Assembly: GCA_028534125.1 (NCBI GenBank)
Contig: CM052817.1
Location: forward strand, 71,488,001-71,552,000
From: Lama glama
Lineage: Eukaryota
Direction: 5' to 3'
Length of the DNA: 64,000 bases
The translations under genes were made by a program, and so were the position numbers. Below the pieces are notes generated by a model, which had not been told where the DNA came from, did no database searches, and saw only the letters and a list, made by a program, of their open reading frames with translations. Below are positions 12,350-24,958 of this stretch, piece by piece; position 1 is the first letter of the stretch; each line of letters opens with the position of its first letter.

Positions 12350-12930
12350 GAGGAAAGTGATTAATGCCTGAATCTGGTGAGGATGCAGTGACTTACAAGT
12401 TTTGCTAGTCAGAAGGCAAAATGATAAAGCTCTTGAAAAAAACAATTTATCAAGAACCTTAAAACATTAGCAGCTTTTAATCCTGCAGTTCTACTTCAAG
12501 GAGTCTTTTTGACACAATCTTCAATACGGTCAAGGAAAGACAATCACTGCATTACTACAACAGTGAAAAGATTAAATCTCTAAGAGTCAGGGATGTATTA
12601 CACTATATCCACCCAAAAGACTATTAACAGCCATTAGAGTTACAGAAAATGTCTATGATTTTAATAACTATGGATGAAAAAAGTAGAATAATTGCTTATT
12701 ATAATATAACTGTACTGGTATAATATAATATATATATAATATAATAAATATATAATTGTATATTGCTTGGTATAATTACTTATTAGAAGAAGAAATACCC
12801 CTCATTCCAAATTTACAGTGGTTATTACTAGGTGGCAAGATTACACATGGTGTTTTCCCCAATTTACTTTTATGTACTGAACGTTTTCTAAACTAGTTTA
12901 AAAATGAAAATAAAAATTTTATGTAATAAA
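12350..12930 (+). mobile_element. Old L1 (L1M-type) 3' fragment with AT-rich low-complexity insert
   Basis: ggtgaggatgcagtga...cttttaatcctgcagttctacttcaagga...acagtggttattactaggtgg; AT run at ~12700-12780. Confidence 0.55.
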
Positions 12931-13104
12931 CTTTTAAGAAATGTTTTTCAATTTAAAAGTACAAAATGCTAGGCAACACACCAAGCATTTTGGTAGTGGT
13001 TGCAGGAATATTATATGATACCACACACATTTTATTCCACATACTTCTGCACATGTCTTCCTGGAAGACACTAGGGCAGTCACTTACCATCATATCTGCT
13101 GGAA

Positions 13105-13300
13105 TCACAAAGACCTTGGTTTCAATCCTGGCTGTCACATATTGGCTCTGTGATCTTGAGAAAATTACATCTTATCTGCCTCACTGTCCTATCAAAAAAA
13201 AAAAAAACTAGGAAAATAATAACTTCCTTCCCAGGCTTGTTGTAAATCATCAAAATCGTGACCCTGGCAGCATCTGACACATGGTACCTAATACAGATGC
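13105..13300 (+). mobile_element. MIR SINE
   Basis: ggtttcaatcctggctgtcacatattggctctgtgatcttgagaaaattac...gcctcactgtcctatc...cctggcagcatctgacacatggtac. Confidence 0.7.
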
Positions 13301-15144
13301 TTATTATCAGGGGGAAATAAACACTTTAAGGGTATAATCAAATGCCAAAAATCAGGCTAGCTGGGCCTCTGGAGCCGAAAGCATCTTAAGTCCTGTTCAG
13401 TCATCTTAAAGGTATACATGACACCAGAACTTCTGTGCATTTGATTCTAGCCTTTAATAAGTACTTTAAAAACAACAAACAAGCAAAGTTGCACAATCCA
13501 AGTTTGTACTAAACAAGAGCTTTTATGAAAACAAGTCATTTAGATAGCTCAGCTGGAGTATGGAGAGAGGTAACATTGTGAAACAATGATCTGAACACTT
13601 TATTCTTATAAAAATTCCTGAACGTGGGACATAAGCTTCTTAGATGACACACATAGGTCACTCCTAAACTGAACTAAGTACTGGTCCCCCTAAAGGAGTA
13701 TGTTTAGAAATAGCAACAATTTAAAGCGGTTATAAATAAGCCTTTTAAATATTTCTAAAAGAAAATAAAAACAAAAATGTTATGGGTAGATACCCTTCTT
13801 TTCTGACTTATTTATGGTTGGAGGTAAAAAAAAAAAAAGGTCCCTTTTATAGTCTTTTAATTACTAGGCTACCAGTAAAGAAAGGAATTGAATTTGATCA
13901 GTCGGCCGATTTATGCTGCAGTTAGAAGTTAAAAGGCTCACGGAATGTTATGGTGTTAACATTGACCAATGCTCATTCTTTTCACAACTTCCAATATTTT
14001 TACAATCAGAAATGCTAATTGCAGCAAGTCTGAGACGAGATCAGGTTGGCCATGCAGCCACATGGGTGGAGGTAACAAGACTGCTATGTTGTGAAGTTGC
14101 CCTCTGCCTGGTGGCGAGGTAAAGGTCTGCTCTAGCCCAGATTTGTGAAACTGGTGTCATTTGACATCAGCAGCATTCATAGAGTATCTGCAGAACACAG
14201 ATGTGGCACAATCTGATTATGTCAAACCAGTTACTGGCCTAGAATCTGCCCTCAATTCTGTCTACCTGGCATTGGGTAACCCTGACCCATCATGAGCAAA
14301 TATCAGCTGTTTGATCTTTAGTGCACTTTTCACTTTGGGCTGATAACAGCGGATGATCTTAGGTAATTGTTTTTCAACTTCTGGTCTTGCCTCTCGCCCA
14401 TGACTCTACTTTGAGCTTTACACAAAAAGGGAACGTCCAAGGGAATCTATGCACGGGTCAAAAAGGGCTGAAATTATGAAAAGGCTTGGGAAGGCTCCTC
14501 TTCTCATTGATACCCTCCTCACTTGACTCCTACTGGCTCTTTGGGGTAGAGAAGTGGGCAGCCAGGCTACAACTCCACTCACCAGAACAGTCAAGGGGTA
14601 GAGATGGGTGTGGCAATCCTCAGAACAAAGTAGCATCAGTAAGGAAGGTTTTCATCTCAAGTGGCATGTGAAGCCAAAATCTGATCTCAATATTCAGAGG
14701 TAAATCTTTCTCCCAAACTCTTTGACTAGGTCCATCGTAAGGTCTATCAGTCTATAAAATTCTCACCAAAGATGCGGTATAGGTACGACCGCAGGTGGAG
14801 GCAGCCCAGCCTGACTGTACATGGGCCCTGAGGCCAAGAATTCTCATCCGTAACTGCAGATGATGAACCAAAAAGCAGGAGTTTTACCTAAATGACACCA
14901 AAACAATGACTCCTTTTTCTCATTAAATTGATGAATTTGGAGGGGTGGGGGGAAAATGGACTGAACCCAACAATTTATGTCATATATATTTACTGAAATG
15001 TATATGACATACATTCACTGCAGTCTTGCGTCTAGTCTCCATCGCTTCCCCAAGGAAGAAAAGTTGTGCATTTTGACAGCACAAATAACCACATAGAAAA
15101 ATAAGTTTTCCATATTCCTTTCCCACTCCAGTTGGAACTCCTGG

Positions 15145-15520
15145 TTATTCATTCAGGAAGTACTCATCAAACACCTACTGTGTGCCTAGCACAGTTCCAG
15201 CCTCTGGGAAGACACCAGTGAACAGAACAGACAAAAAAGCCTGTGCTCATGGAAGTTGCATGTCTAGAGACAGACAATAAATAAGAAAATAAATAATAAG
15301 ATATGTTACAAGAGTATACATACGATGGAAGGAAGAAAAAGTAAAGCAGTGGAAAGGGAAAATGAGGTGGGAAGTGAGGGACAGACCGCAATTTAAGATA
15401 GGATGGCCAGGGCAGACACACTGAGAAGATGAATTTGAACAGAAGTCTTCAAGTGAGGCAGCGAACTACTCTGGGAAAAGCTATGTAAGGCAGAGAAAAA
15501 TAACCAGGGCAAGAACTGTC
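15145..15520 (-). mobile_element. L2 3' end
   Basis: ttattcattcaggaagtactcatcaaacacctactgtgtgcctagcac...agtgaacagaacagacaaaaagcctgtgctcatggaagttgcat. Confidence 0.8.
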
Positions 15521-17205
15521 TTCAGTGTTTATATTTACCAGGTTCTGCCAATTTTGCCTTTGGAAATTTCAGTAGACTGAAATATCCTTTGAGCATGAAT
15601 CTGTGTGTGTCTAGGCAGTCACTCTGCTGCTTACAGTAACTTTTCATACAAATACAGCAGTATTTGCAGTCAAAATATCATTTAGGAAGAATGAGCATGA
15701 AAGTATCTAGATTATGGTTAAAGAAAGCTTATTAATTTGCATAAGCAACCAACATTTTATTTAGGGGATAATTATAAATCTGAGTTACTAAGAAACGTCA
15801 TAAACATCTGAGTTTTTGACACCACCTATGGTGAATTAAGTTGGTCTACAGACAGAAAATTGAGTCACTGTGTTAGAGTTTTAAATTAAGATACATCTAA
15901 AGTAGCTTGACACTAGGGATGAATTTAATCTTTCTCATAAAGATGTATGTTGTTCTTTCAGGATTTCTCCTTGCAAACCCAAACCTATTGAATATACAAA
16001 ACCAAAGGCTGTTCCTTCAAAAAACTGCCAGGATCATTTCCCAACTAGAGACAGAACTCAATTTTCTACAAGCACATTAATTCTGCTTCACTGGCAAACT
16101 GGTTTTAGGTCCAAGTTGTAAAATAAGGGATAATAATTCCTGACAAGGACAAGGAAATAAGTTTTCAGTTTTCTTCCTGAGTCAGCAGGAGAGTGTAGGA
16201 CACAAGCGACTTTTTAATGAATATTTCTCTAAATGTACATGTAAGAAGCAAAGCCCAGTGGTGCTGTGGAAATCAAAACTGCAGGGGAAAAGGCAAATAT
16301 AATCAATAAAACCTGACTTTTAAACTGAAAAAGGAACTAAGTGAACTTCTTTAAAAATGTACTGCAATAACTGTATTTCCATTTAAAAAAAAATAGACCT
16401 TTTATTCCAGAGCTTAAGTGAGTTGCAGTGAAGTTTTAAGTTTTCAACCAAGTAATAACACTATATACACTATAACCTAATCTCCATTTTAGGAAGTCAT
16501 GGTAACACTTCCAATATAAGATATAGCTGTTTCTTTAAAGGCCAAAGACTTTTAATAAAAATTCTATATCCCCAATTCATCCTCTCTAATGTCACAAAAG
16601 GTATCTTTATATCCTTACAGAACTCAGATCTCTGTCTGTGAAGTGAAAGGCCAAAACTATGTTAATATATATAAAGGGGTGGATAAAATTAATTTTCTTT
16701 ATTTACTCTTTATTAAAAAGATATATTGAGATGGTTTGGTTTATGGGTAATTTTTATTTTCTACTTGTGTTTATGCAGCATTTAAAAAGATATATTTATT
16801 ACTTTTGTAATAATAAAACAAAATTTGGGTGAGAGAAGAGAGCTAAAGATTGGGAGTGAGAATCAGAGACAGAAAAACTGGCCCAAGTGAAAGTCTGAAA
16901 CAAAAAAATGTCAGGTCCTAGTCTCAGTTGGGAGGGAGGAAGGCACACTCCAAAAAGGGAGCGAGGCTTGGAATTCCCAGTAATGGCAAACCAGTAACTT
17001 AATTTTGCCACCTTGGTGGCTTGGGAGGCCTCTGGAAGAAGTGTTTCTATGGATGGTGGTGGTAGATTAGATGCCAATTTTCACTGACATTCTAACTTGA
17101 TCCCTGGTAACATGGAAAGAATTGAAGAGGACTTGGAGGTGCTGGTCTTCTAACATCTGTATGCAAGCTTGCATTTTCTAACAAAAACTTTCACCAGCAG
17201 ATCTT

Positions 17206-17307
17206 CAGTGTTTCTCAATATGGTCCATGGACTATTTGTATTAGAACCTCCTGGTGTGCTTCTTATGCTGCAGATTCTCCTCTCCCAAACCTTCTGAATC
17301 TAGGAAG
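17206..17307. mobile_element. MER5-like hAT fossil (left part, interrupted by LTR)
   Basis: cagtgtttctcaatatggtcc...tgcagattctcc...ccttctgaatc. Confidence 0.55.
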
Positions 17308-17807
17308 TGCTATGGTCTGAATGTGTGTTCTCTTTAAAATTTATGTTGAAACCCTAAACTCCCATGTGATACAGTGTTAGGAGGTAGGACCTTTGGGAGG
17401 TGATTAGGTCAAGAGGGCACAGCCCTCCTGAGTGGAATTAGTGCCCTTATAAAAGAAAGCTCCAGGGGGAGGGTATAGCTCAGTGGTGGAGCACATGCCT
17501 AGCATGCACAAGGTCCTGGGTTCAATCCCCACTACCTCCACCAAAATAAATAAATAAACCTAATTACCTTCCCCCAAAACAAAACAAAAAAACCTAAACA
17601 AACAAACAAACAAAAAAACCCCACAAAACTCCACGTGAGGTTAAAGAGAAAAGAGGGCCACTTAGGAAGCAGGCTCATTCCAGACACTGAATGTACCGAC
17701 GTCTTGATCTTGGACTTCCCAGCCTCCAGGATTTTGAGAAAACTTTCCTTTACTTAAGTCATCAGTCTATGGTATCTTGTTCTAGCAGCCTGAACAGACT
17801 AAGAACA
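17308..17807 (+). mobile_element. MaLR solo LTR (MLT1A/MST-like) containing a SINE
   Basis: Starts tgctatggtctgaatgtgtg, has gacctttgggaggtgattaggtca and gatcttggacttcccagcctccag, ends agcagcctgaacagactaagaaca. Confidence 0.88.
17465..17624 (+). mobile_element. tRNA-Ala-derived SINE (camelid vic-1-like)
   Basis: ggggagggtatagctcagtggtggagcacatgcctagcatgcacaaggtcctgggttcaatcccc with Pol III A/B boxes, A-rich tail, imperfect TSD aaagctcca/aaaactcca. Confidence 0.9.
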
Positions 17808-17994
17808 AAAAGTAACCCTAAAAGTGTGTACTTCAATATGTCTCTTAGGAGACTTTCAGACCTGAGCTTGAGCTATGCCAAGATCATGATGATTACTGAG
17901 CTTCATGTCTACAACCACTACCATCCCCTCTGGGTTCTTTGATTTCCTGCCTCAAAGATAACACAATTGTAATGCACACCAAAATCAATTATAT

Positions 17995-18930
17995 CCAACA
18001 ACCAAATTTTTTAAAATGGGCAGAAGATCTGAATAGACATTTTTCCGAAGAGGAAATGCAGATGGTCAACAAGGCTTATGAAAAGATGTTTGACATTGTT
18101 AATCACTGAGGAAATGAAAATCAAAACCACAATGAGATACCACCTCACACCTATCAGAATGGCTATCATTGAAAAGACCACAAATAACAAATGTTGCTAA
18201 GGATGTAGAGAAAAGGGAACCCTTGTACACTGCTGGTGAGAATGTAAATTGGTGCAGCCACTGTGGAAAATAGTATGGAGGTTTCTCAAAAAACTAAAAA
18301 TGGAACTACCATATGACCCAGCAATTCCACTCCTGGGTACACATCTGAAAGAAACAAGAACACTAATTCAAAAAGATACATGCACCCCAATGTTCACAGC
18401 AGTATTAACAACAGCCAAGATATGGAAGCAACCTAAGTGTCCATCAATGGATAAAGAAATGTTGTACATACACACAATGGACTACTACTCAGCCATAAAA
18501 AAGAACAAAATTTTGCCATTTGCAACAACATGGATGGATTTGGAGAGTATTATGCTAAGTGAAGTAAGTCAGAGAAAGAAATACTGTATGATATCACTTA
18601 AATGTGGAAATCCAAAAAATAAAACAAACTAGTGAATTTAATGAAAAAGCAGCAGACTCAGATAGACAGAACAAACTAGTGGTTACCAGTGGGGAGAGGG
18701 GCAAATAGGATAGTGGATTAAGAGGTATAAACTATTATGTGTAAAGTAAGCTACAAGGATATGCTGTATAGCACAGGGAATATAACCAATATTCTATAAC
18801 AATAAATGGAGTATAACCTCCAAAACTTGTGAACTATTATGTTGTACACATGTAGCTTATAAAATATTGTACATCAGCATACTTCAACTTAAAAAACTTC
18901 TGGTTAATATATTTACCAAAAAAAAAAAAA
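17995..18930 (+). mobile_element. L1 3' ~0.9 kb fragment (ORF2 C-terminus + 3'UTR)
   Basis: ORF 18249..18632 [29 protein letters not shown]...WKQPKCPS...YYSAIKKN is the L1 ORF2 C-terminal region, followed by 3'UTR and A-tail. Confidence 0.95.
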
Positions 18931-19189
18931 ATTCAGTACATTACAGCCAGCAAAGACTTTGACAAGAAAGGAAAACTAAAAGGAAGGAAATGTGGCAGAC
19001 GGGCTCTTGTACTGTGTTAACCATGCAGAAACAAGACATTGCAATGCAGCTGTGCTAGGACTGATGATGAGAAGGCAAGTCTATATCTCCTAAGCTTCTC
19101 ATCTGTGTGAGAATTTAACAAACACGTGAATCTAAAATTCCTTGCCCTTTAAACAGAAAACTGAAACCAAGCAATAACGTATTTACTTT

Positions 19190-19405
19190 ACCTTTTTTAA
19201 AAAATTGAAGTATAGTCAGTTTACAACATTGTGCCAATTTCTGCTGTACAGCATAGTAGTTCAGTCATACATACATATATATTCATTTTCATTATAGGTT
19301 ATAAGAATATTGAAAAAAGTTCCCTGTACAATAAAGAAACTTGTTTATCCATTTATATATAGTGGTTAGTATCTGCAAATCTCAAATTCCCAATTTATCC
19401 CTTTA
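19190..19405 (-). mobile_element. L1 3' end fragment
   Basis: Antisense L1 3'UTR (attgaagtatagtcagtttacaac...atctgcaaatctcaaattcccaatttatccc); probable TSD tatttacttt (19180-19189, 19406-19415). Confidence 0.88.
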
Positions 19406-19624
19406 TATTTACTTTTCTTCATAAGTAATGAGCTATTTCAGTTGAGAGAGATACTTTTTCAGGAATTGCTTGAAGGAGGACAGTTTAGTCTAACAACAGA
19501 GATCAAAGGTATTTACTTACATCCTAATAAATAAAAATCTTCAAAGCCTTTTGGCTTACAGTACACAATTCTGCTGAATTTATATTGCTATGAGTTCATC
19601 TGGGCTGCGAGAAAGGAGAGTTTT

Positions 19625-20110
19625 GATTCATTCATTCTTTCATATTGCTGGTCAGCAAGTATTTATTAACCACTGACTGTGCAAGGCATGGAGGGAAGTC
19701 AACAAAGCAGGCACACGCCCATGCACCTTGGAGACTCTAAAATCTTTTGAGGGTAATAGGGAAATGGGAAAGTGGAGGGATAGATAATAAGGAAACACTC
19801 CAATAAGGATGCACGCTAAGCCAGATTTAGACGAGTGAATGGGAATTGCACGGGCAGAGACAGAAGCGAGAGAGAGAAAGCACATTTGAACAACTCTAAG
19901 GGATTTAGTGTGCTTGACCTTCAAATCCCAAGAGTAGGTTGACAAGTTTTGAGCTGAAGGTCCAAGAAACAGGTGGAAGCATGATTATGAGGGCTCTTAC
20001 AGACTATGTAAAAAGGTTTCTTTTTAATCCTAAGAGCAGTAGGAAGCCATTGAGAAATTTAAATGGATGAAATCAACATGCTTTTCTTTGTGTTATATAA
20101 AGATTGCTCA
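19625..20110 (-). mobile_element. L2 fragment
   Basis: attcattcattc...agtatttattaaccactgactgtgcaaggc...ttaatcctaagagcagtaggaagccattgaga. Confidence 0.7.
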
Positions 20111-21059
20111 CTCAATTGCTCACTCAAGCAGGAGCTGAAGTCTTGAGTAAATGAGTGGCACAGGTTTTAGATAAGAGCAGGGCTGGAGCTAAGGACATGG
20201 CAGGCATGTGCAGTGGGGTCACAGAAGTCCCAAGGCTGAACATTCTCAGCTGGGGAGTCATTTCATAGGAACTCACCACATGGTCTAATGCTCAATGTAT
20301 GGGAGTATGAGGTTAGTCAGGGGTCTTCTGCAAATTATTTCCCTCTACTTAACCTGTGAGCATAGAGAATGTAACAAGTGTAATTATTTCCTCATTGGTT
20401 TTGGTGCCTCTCATGTTCTTGGCTGTAAACTTACACTCCTTCCTACCATGTGTCAACCAGTAGTGTGTAGTAATGTCCTCTTTGGGACCAAGAAAACATT
20501 CATCCCTGTTCCCGACCAACAAGGCGTAACTTGTAAAGGAAATTTCTAAGTTTGTGTGGAATACATTTTTGAAGATCCCAAAAGACTGCTGATGAGGATA
20601 AATAAGTATGTGACTGAATCACCAAGATTTTATATTTTATGAATTTTTTATTCATGCCTCGAAGGTGAAATTAAACCTTTTTAAAGTACAGGTTTATCTT
20701 GCTTTATGCAACAGATTTACTCCCGGAAAATGGTGTATGAATTGTTTTAAAACTAAAGTGTATTTTGAGAACATGTGGGGAGCTTCCCTCCTTAAGAGAA
20801 ATTTCTTGATTACTTATAAAAACTGAATATTGTTATTGTGGTATATGTTTTCTCAAGTGAGGCACATCTATACTGGATTGCTCTCGCTCCTCACCAGCTG
20901 AGAGGAGAGAATGTCCCCAAGTGTCATCTCCCGTAAAGTCGTTGAGTCTCTCAAGAGATGCCACACCACTAGGCAAACATTATAGCAAGTGCTGTGCTCC
21001 ACAGATGTCCTTTGATTGGAACCCAAATTTCAATGACAGAGATCCTTAGGGAAGCTGTC

Positions 21060-21330
21060 TGTGGATGGTGGTGTGACTGAACTGCCAATCACAATACCCT
21101 TTTCCCCAGCTCTCTTCCAGCGAATGGTCTAGGAACAGCCACCTATGGAGTTCTGGCAGTGATGAGTAAACCCAAGTGGCCAGCTGGGACTTCTGGGAAG
21201 GCTTGATTTGGCTGACACGCACCCGTGGAGTTTTGCTCCTTTGCACTTCTCTTTCCTGCCTTGTCACAGACCTGATGCCTGGTGGCAGCTATCTTACAGG
21301 TGTGAGAAAGCCAGGGGCGCAGAAAGATGA
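21060..21330 (+). mobile_element. Probable old ERVL-type LTR fragment (LTR16-like)
   Basis: gggacttctgggaaggcttg...ctctttcctgccttg...gacctgatgcctggtggcagctatctt resembles ERVL LTR motifs; weak recognition. Confidence 0.4.
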
Positions 21331-22979
21331 AATGGAGCTTGGTTCCTCCAGCTACTTTATCAGCTCTAGATTGTGTGCTCTGGAATTTTGTTGAATGCAA
21401 CAAGGAAATCCCCATAATAATTAAGGTTCTGTTTGTTGATTTTTCTATTCATTCCAGCCCAACATACTCCTAATCAACACACTGAATTTCTACTGAAACT
21501 TCTCTGAATAGAACATATCAAGTTCTGTTGCTGCTGACAGTAATGTGGATTTCTGCAGCAATGTAACAACATGGGTGGAAACTAGCCAGCCACTGCTTCC
21601 AAAATGTAAATGTTTATCCAGTGACATTCGCAGAGCCTCCTTCTGTAAAGATGCTGATCTACCTCATCTACTGTGTTGTTACCAAAAAAAACAAAAACAA
21701 AAAAACTAGCAGGAAAACAAAACCCAAAAAACTCTCTACACCCTGCCCAGGCATTCTGGCCACAACTACTCTCACTTAGTTGAGTGTGATTGGTCAAGTA
21801 TTAAAAAAATGATTGAGCCCCAGATGCTACAGCAGAAGCGACACACTGGCCCAATGGAATAAGTTCCCAGAAAATCAGAAGGACAAAATGTTTTGTGGAC
21901 AATTTGGGGCAAATCAAAGTTACACTATAATAAGCACTGCACAACCCAGCCAAAAGCATCAGCCACTAGGGACTGGATAGTTCACTGAAAGCAAACACAT
22001 GGGCTGAAATTTGTAACAGCTATACTTACTCAAAGGTACAACCTGTCTGGCAGGCTCTGGGATTTTCAGCTTGGTTTATATGCACAGAATGATAAACCAT
22101 TCCATAAACCATATTAAACACAGCAAATTTATGTTTATGAGTGTGTACTTGTATTAGCATTTAAATGCCTATAAACATCGGTAAATACATATTTCTGTTC
22201 AAGGAGATAGTATGCAAGTTTAAGGCAGTATAAAGATCTCCAGATACTTCTCACTCCCACTTGTATATGGAAGCTCTGGCTGCGCTGTTTTTCAGTTTTG
22301 TTTATAATAGAATCTTTCATAGTTAAGGAAGCCTCCTAAATCACTAATTCTTATATCATGTTGAGGGGCTGCACCTTGAATATTGAATGGATAATGAATG
22401 GAAACACATAAAATATCTGCCCCAACGGTTTTCAAGTTCCTGCAAGACCCCTGGAGCTATGAATTGAATTTGCACGGAGAGAAGCTGTGTTCCAGAGAAG
22501 CGATGTCACGTGCTCACCAGAAGACATAGGAGAAGAGTCTGGGCTGCTTAAATCTAGTTGTGTGGATTACTTTTTAATCGAAACTGTTCAAATTGTATGT
22601 TTAAACTGATTAGAACTGGCCACAGGACTTCTAAATCCCCAGTTCATCTAATGACACATAGACAATCTCTTCTCTAGAAAACTAAATTATATTTTATAAA
22701 CAGGATAAGTTATTTATCAGCCACAAGCCCAAGTTACTACAACGTATATGAATATAAAAAAATAGGATCAAAGGCTCCCGCTGATTTATCTATTCAAAAC
22801 TATTTATTGAATACATATATTCATAAAAATTACCCAGAGAGTTCATTTAAAAAAAAAACAGAAATTAGGATTCTCTAGGTCCCACAGGGGTGGAGAGGGC
22901 CCAGGAATATGAATGTTAATGGCTAAATGATTGTGACGTAGGAAGGCCTGCAGACCCCTCTGAGAAACACCAGTCTATG

Positions 22980-24150
22980 CTGTTTCAGATGCCGCAGAGA
23001 CAAATCTCAGAGTGCTCAGTCTAGTGACATGGACAAGTCAACAATTTTACAACGTCTTACAAATATTCAGAGGTACGGAGGGGAAAAGAAGGCATAAAAA
23101 GGAGGGCAGAAGTCAAACTTTCCTGCAGAACGAACCAGTTTTAAAAGAATACTAGAACAGCTGGAGAAGAACAGGAGAACAGTGCTTAGGCAGGGAGCAC
23201 GGTGGGACAAGCGTCTGGTGGGGCGTGTCGGAGACTGAACAAGAGTTTGGAAGGACCAGAAACCCAAGGAGGAGGAAATGAGGTTGGAGAGTTGGGAAGA
23301 GGTATGACTTGAATGACTTTTCCGTCTACAGGGGACTAATGACTTCTGTCTACATGTGAACCTTTGACCCTGAAGGCACAGGGGGCCACTGAGGGTTGAG
23401 GCAGGAGGGGCAGAGTCAGACTCAATTTTTAGAAAGCTCACTAGGCCAGAGGAATGTGGGGGACATCTAGAGGGACTGTAACTTGATGGAATTGGAGAGG
23501 CCGGTAACTGCAATTCTCCTCAAGAGAAGATGCCTGGGCCTGTCTTGTGAGGGGAAGCTAGACAGTGAGTGCCACTTGGAAGATGGTGACCCATCAGAGT
23601 AACCATCCCGCACGTTACCTGAAATGAATTCAACAGAGGAGGTAGAACGGGCAGGTCCTAACAACTAATTTAACGTGGGGAGAAAGGCCAAAGAGGGGAG
23701 GTTTGGGGTTTGTCCGACCTGGTAGCTGGTGTTAGTTTTGTGGGTGGGGAGTAGTGGCATTCCCAGTATTTACTCATAAACACAGTTAATAGGACTACAG
23801 GACTTTCTGGCAGAGATTGAAAGAAATCCGTTGGGTGTGGGACTTGGAAGTGTCTGGGCCTGTCTGATATCTATTTGGGAGACGTCCACGTCTGCCTGGA
23901 GGTGGTTTAAGCTGTGGATGTGAATGAGGTCATCCAAGGGGAATACTCTGAAGGTCAAGGTAGAGCCGAAGCGGGAGGGAGGCAACACCATTTAACGGCG
24001 AGGTGGAAAAGGAACAAGCAGGAAGAGTAAGAGACAGCTGAAAGGTTAGGAGAAAACCAAGGAGTGACAGGGAATAAAGGTCACAGAAAAGAGAGGGTCA
24101 CTGAGCAATCAAGTCAGACAAGTACTGATAAAGAGCGTCCCATTGTGACC
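22980..24150 (-). mobile_element. Long L2 fragment
   Basis: Purine-rich antisense L2 body (gagccactg/ggccactgagggttgagg, gaggtagaacgggcaggtc, gaatgaggtcatccaagggg). Confidence 0.75.
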
Positions 24151-24550
24151 GGAAGTGGCCTAAGGGTGCCTCCTCTGTGCAGGGTTCATTCAGCACTTCA
24201 AATATTTACTCAAGTCCCCTGGGCGCCTGGTGCTGTGCAGATAAACCTCAAACTTCAAGACCGGCCTCATCCTACTTGGAAAACATAGCAAAAGCATTTC
24301 CATTTCCTTACAAACAGCACACTCTAAGATATACACAGGAATTGAGTTTGTATGCAAAGCACTGAGTGATACATCACACGTGGGCACACAGTGAAAGAGG
24401 TGGAGTGAGATGCTTCGGGAGGACGGGGCTTAGAGGAGCACCAGAGCCTGAGAGAAAGCCAGGGCAGAGCCACCTCCTCAGCCTCTCGCCTGTTACTCTG
24501 TTTAACCATTTACTTCACTCCAACATCTGCTTAGGGAGCAAAGTCCCAAA

Positions 24551-24755
24551 GAGTTTGAGATTAACAGATACACACTACTATATATAAAACAGATAAACAA
24601 GGACCTACTGTATAGCACAGGGAACTATATTCAACTTCTTGTAATGAGCTGTGATGGAAAAGAATCTGGAAATATATGTGTATATGAATAACTGAATCAC
24701 TTTGCTGTACACCAGAAACTAACACTGTAAACTGACTACACTTCACTAAAAAATA
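24551..24755 (+). mobile_element. L1 3' end fragment
   Basis: gagtttgagattaacagatacacactactatatataaaacagataaacaaggacctactgtatagcacagggaactatattc...actacacttcac + A-run. Confidence 0.9.
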
Positions 24756-24958
24756 GGAGTTAAAAAGTAGTTACTTGCCAATATACTCCTTCAGTATCGA
24801 AAGTAGGTAATTAAGATAGGAAAGAAAAAGTTAAACTCACCAAATTAAAATAAAACATTTCTTGGCTCTGACTACACTTTTGGAACCTCATCTCACAGTT
24901 ATTTGGTATAGTTAGTTTCTTTTCTTTCTTTCTTTTTAAATAGAACAAGTCTTTTGCG

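Noticed and set aside
17465..17545. tRNA-Ala gene (also at 34.4, 38.3 and 61.8 kb)
   Set aside because: Degenerate stems, A-rich tails and TSDs show these are SINEs, not tRNA genes.
18249..18632. 127-aa ORF as a host gene
   Set aside because: It is the C-terminal remnant of L1 ORF2 in a truncated element.
19062..19103. C/D snoRNA or miRNA-like hairpin (gatgagaag...cttctcatc)
   Set aside because: Only a 9-bp stem, no properly placed D box, too short for a pre-miRNA.
23067..23513. 148-aa Ser/Pro-rich ORF
   Set aside because: Lies in a decayed L2 element; composition reflects pyrimidine-rich repeat sequence.
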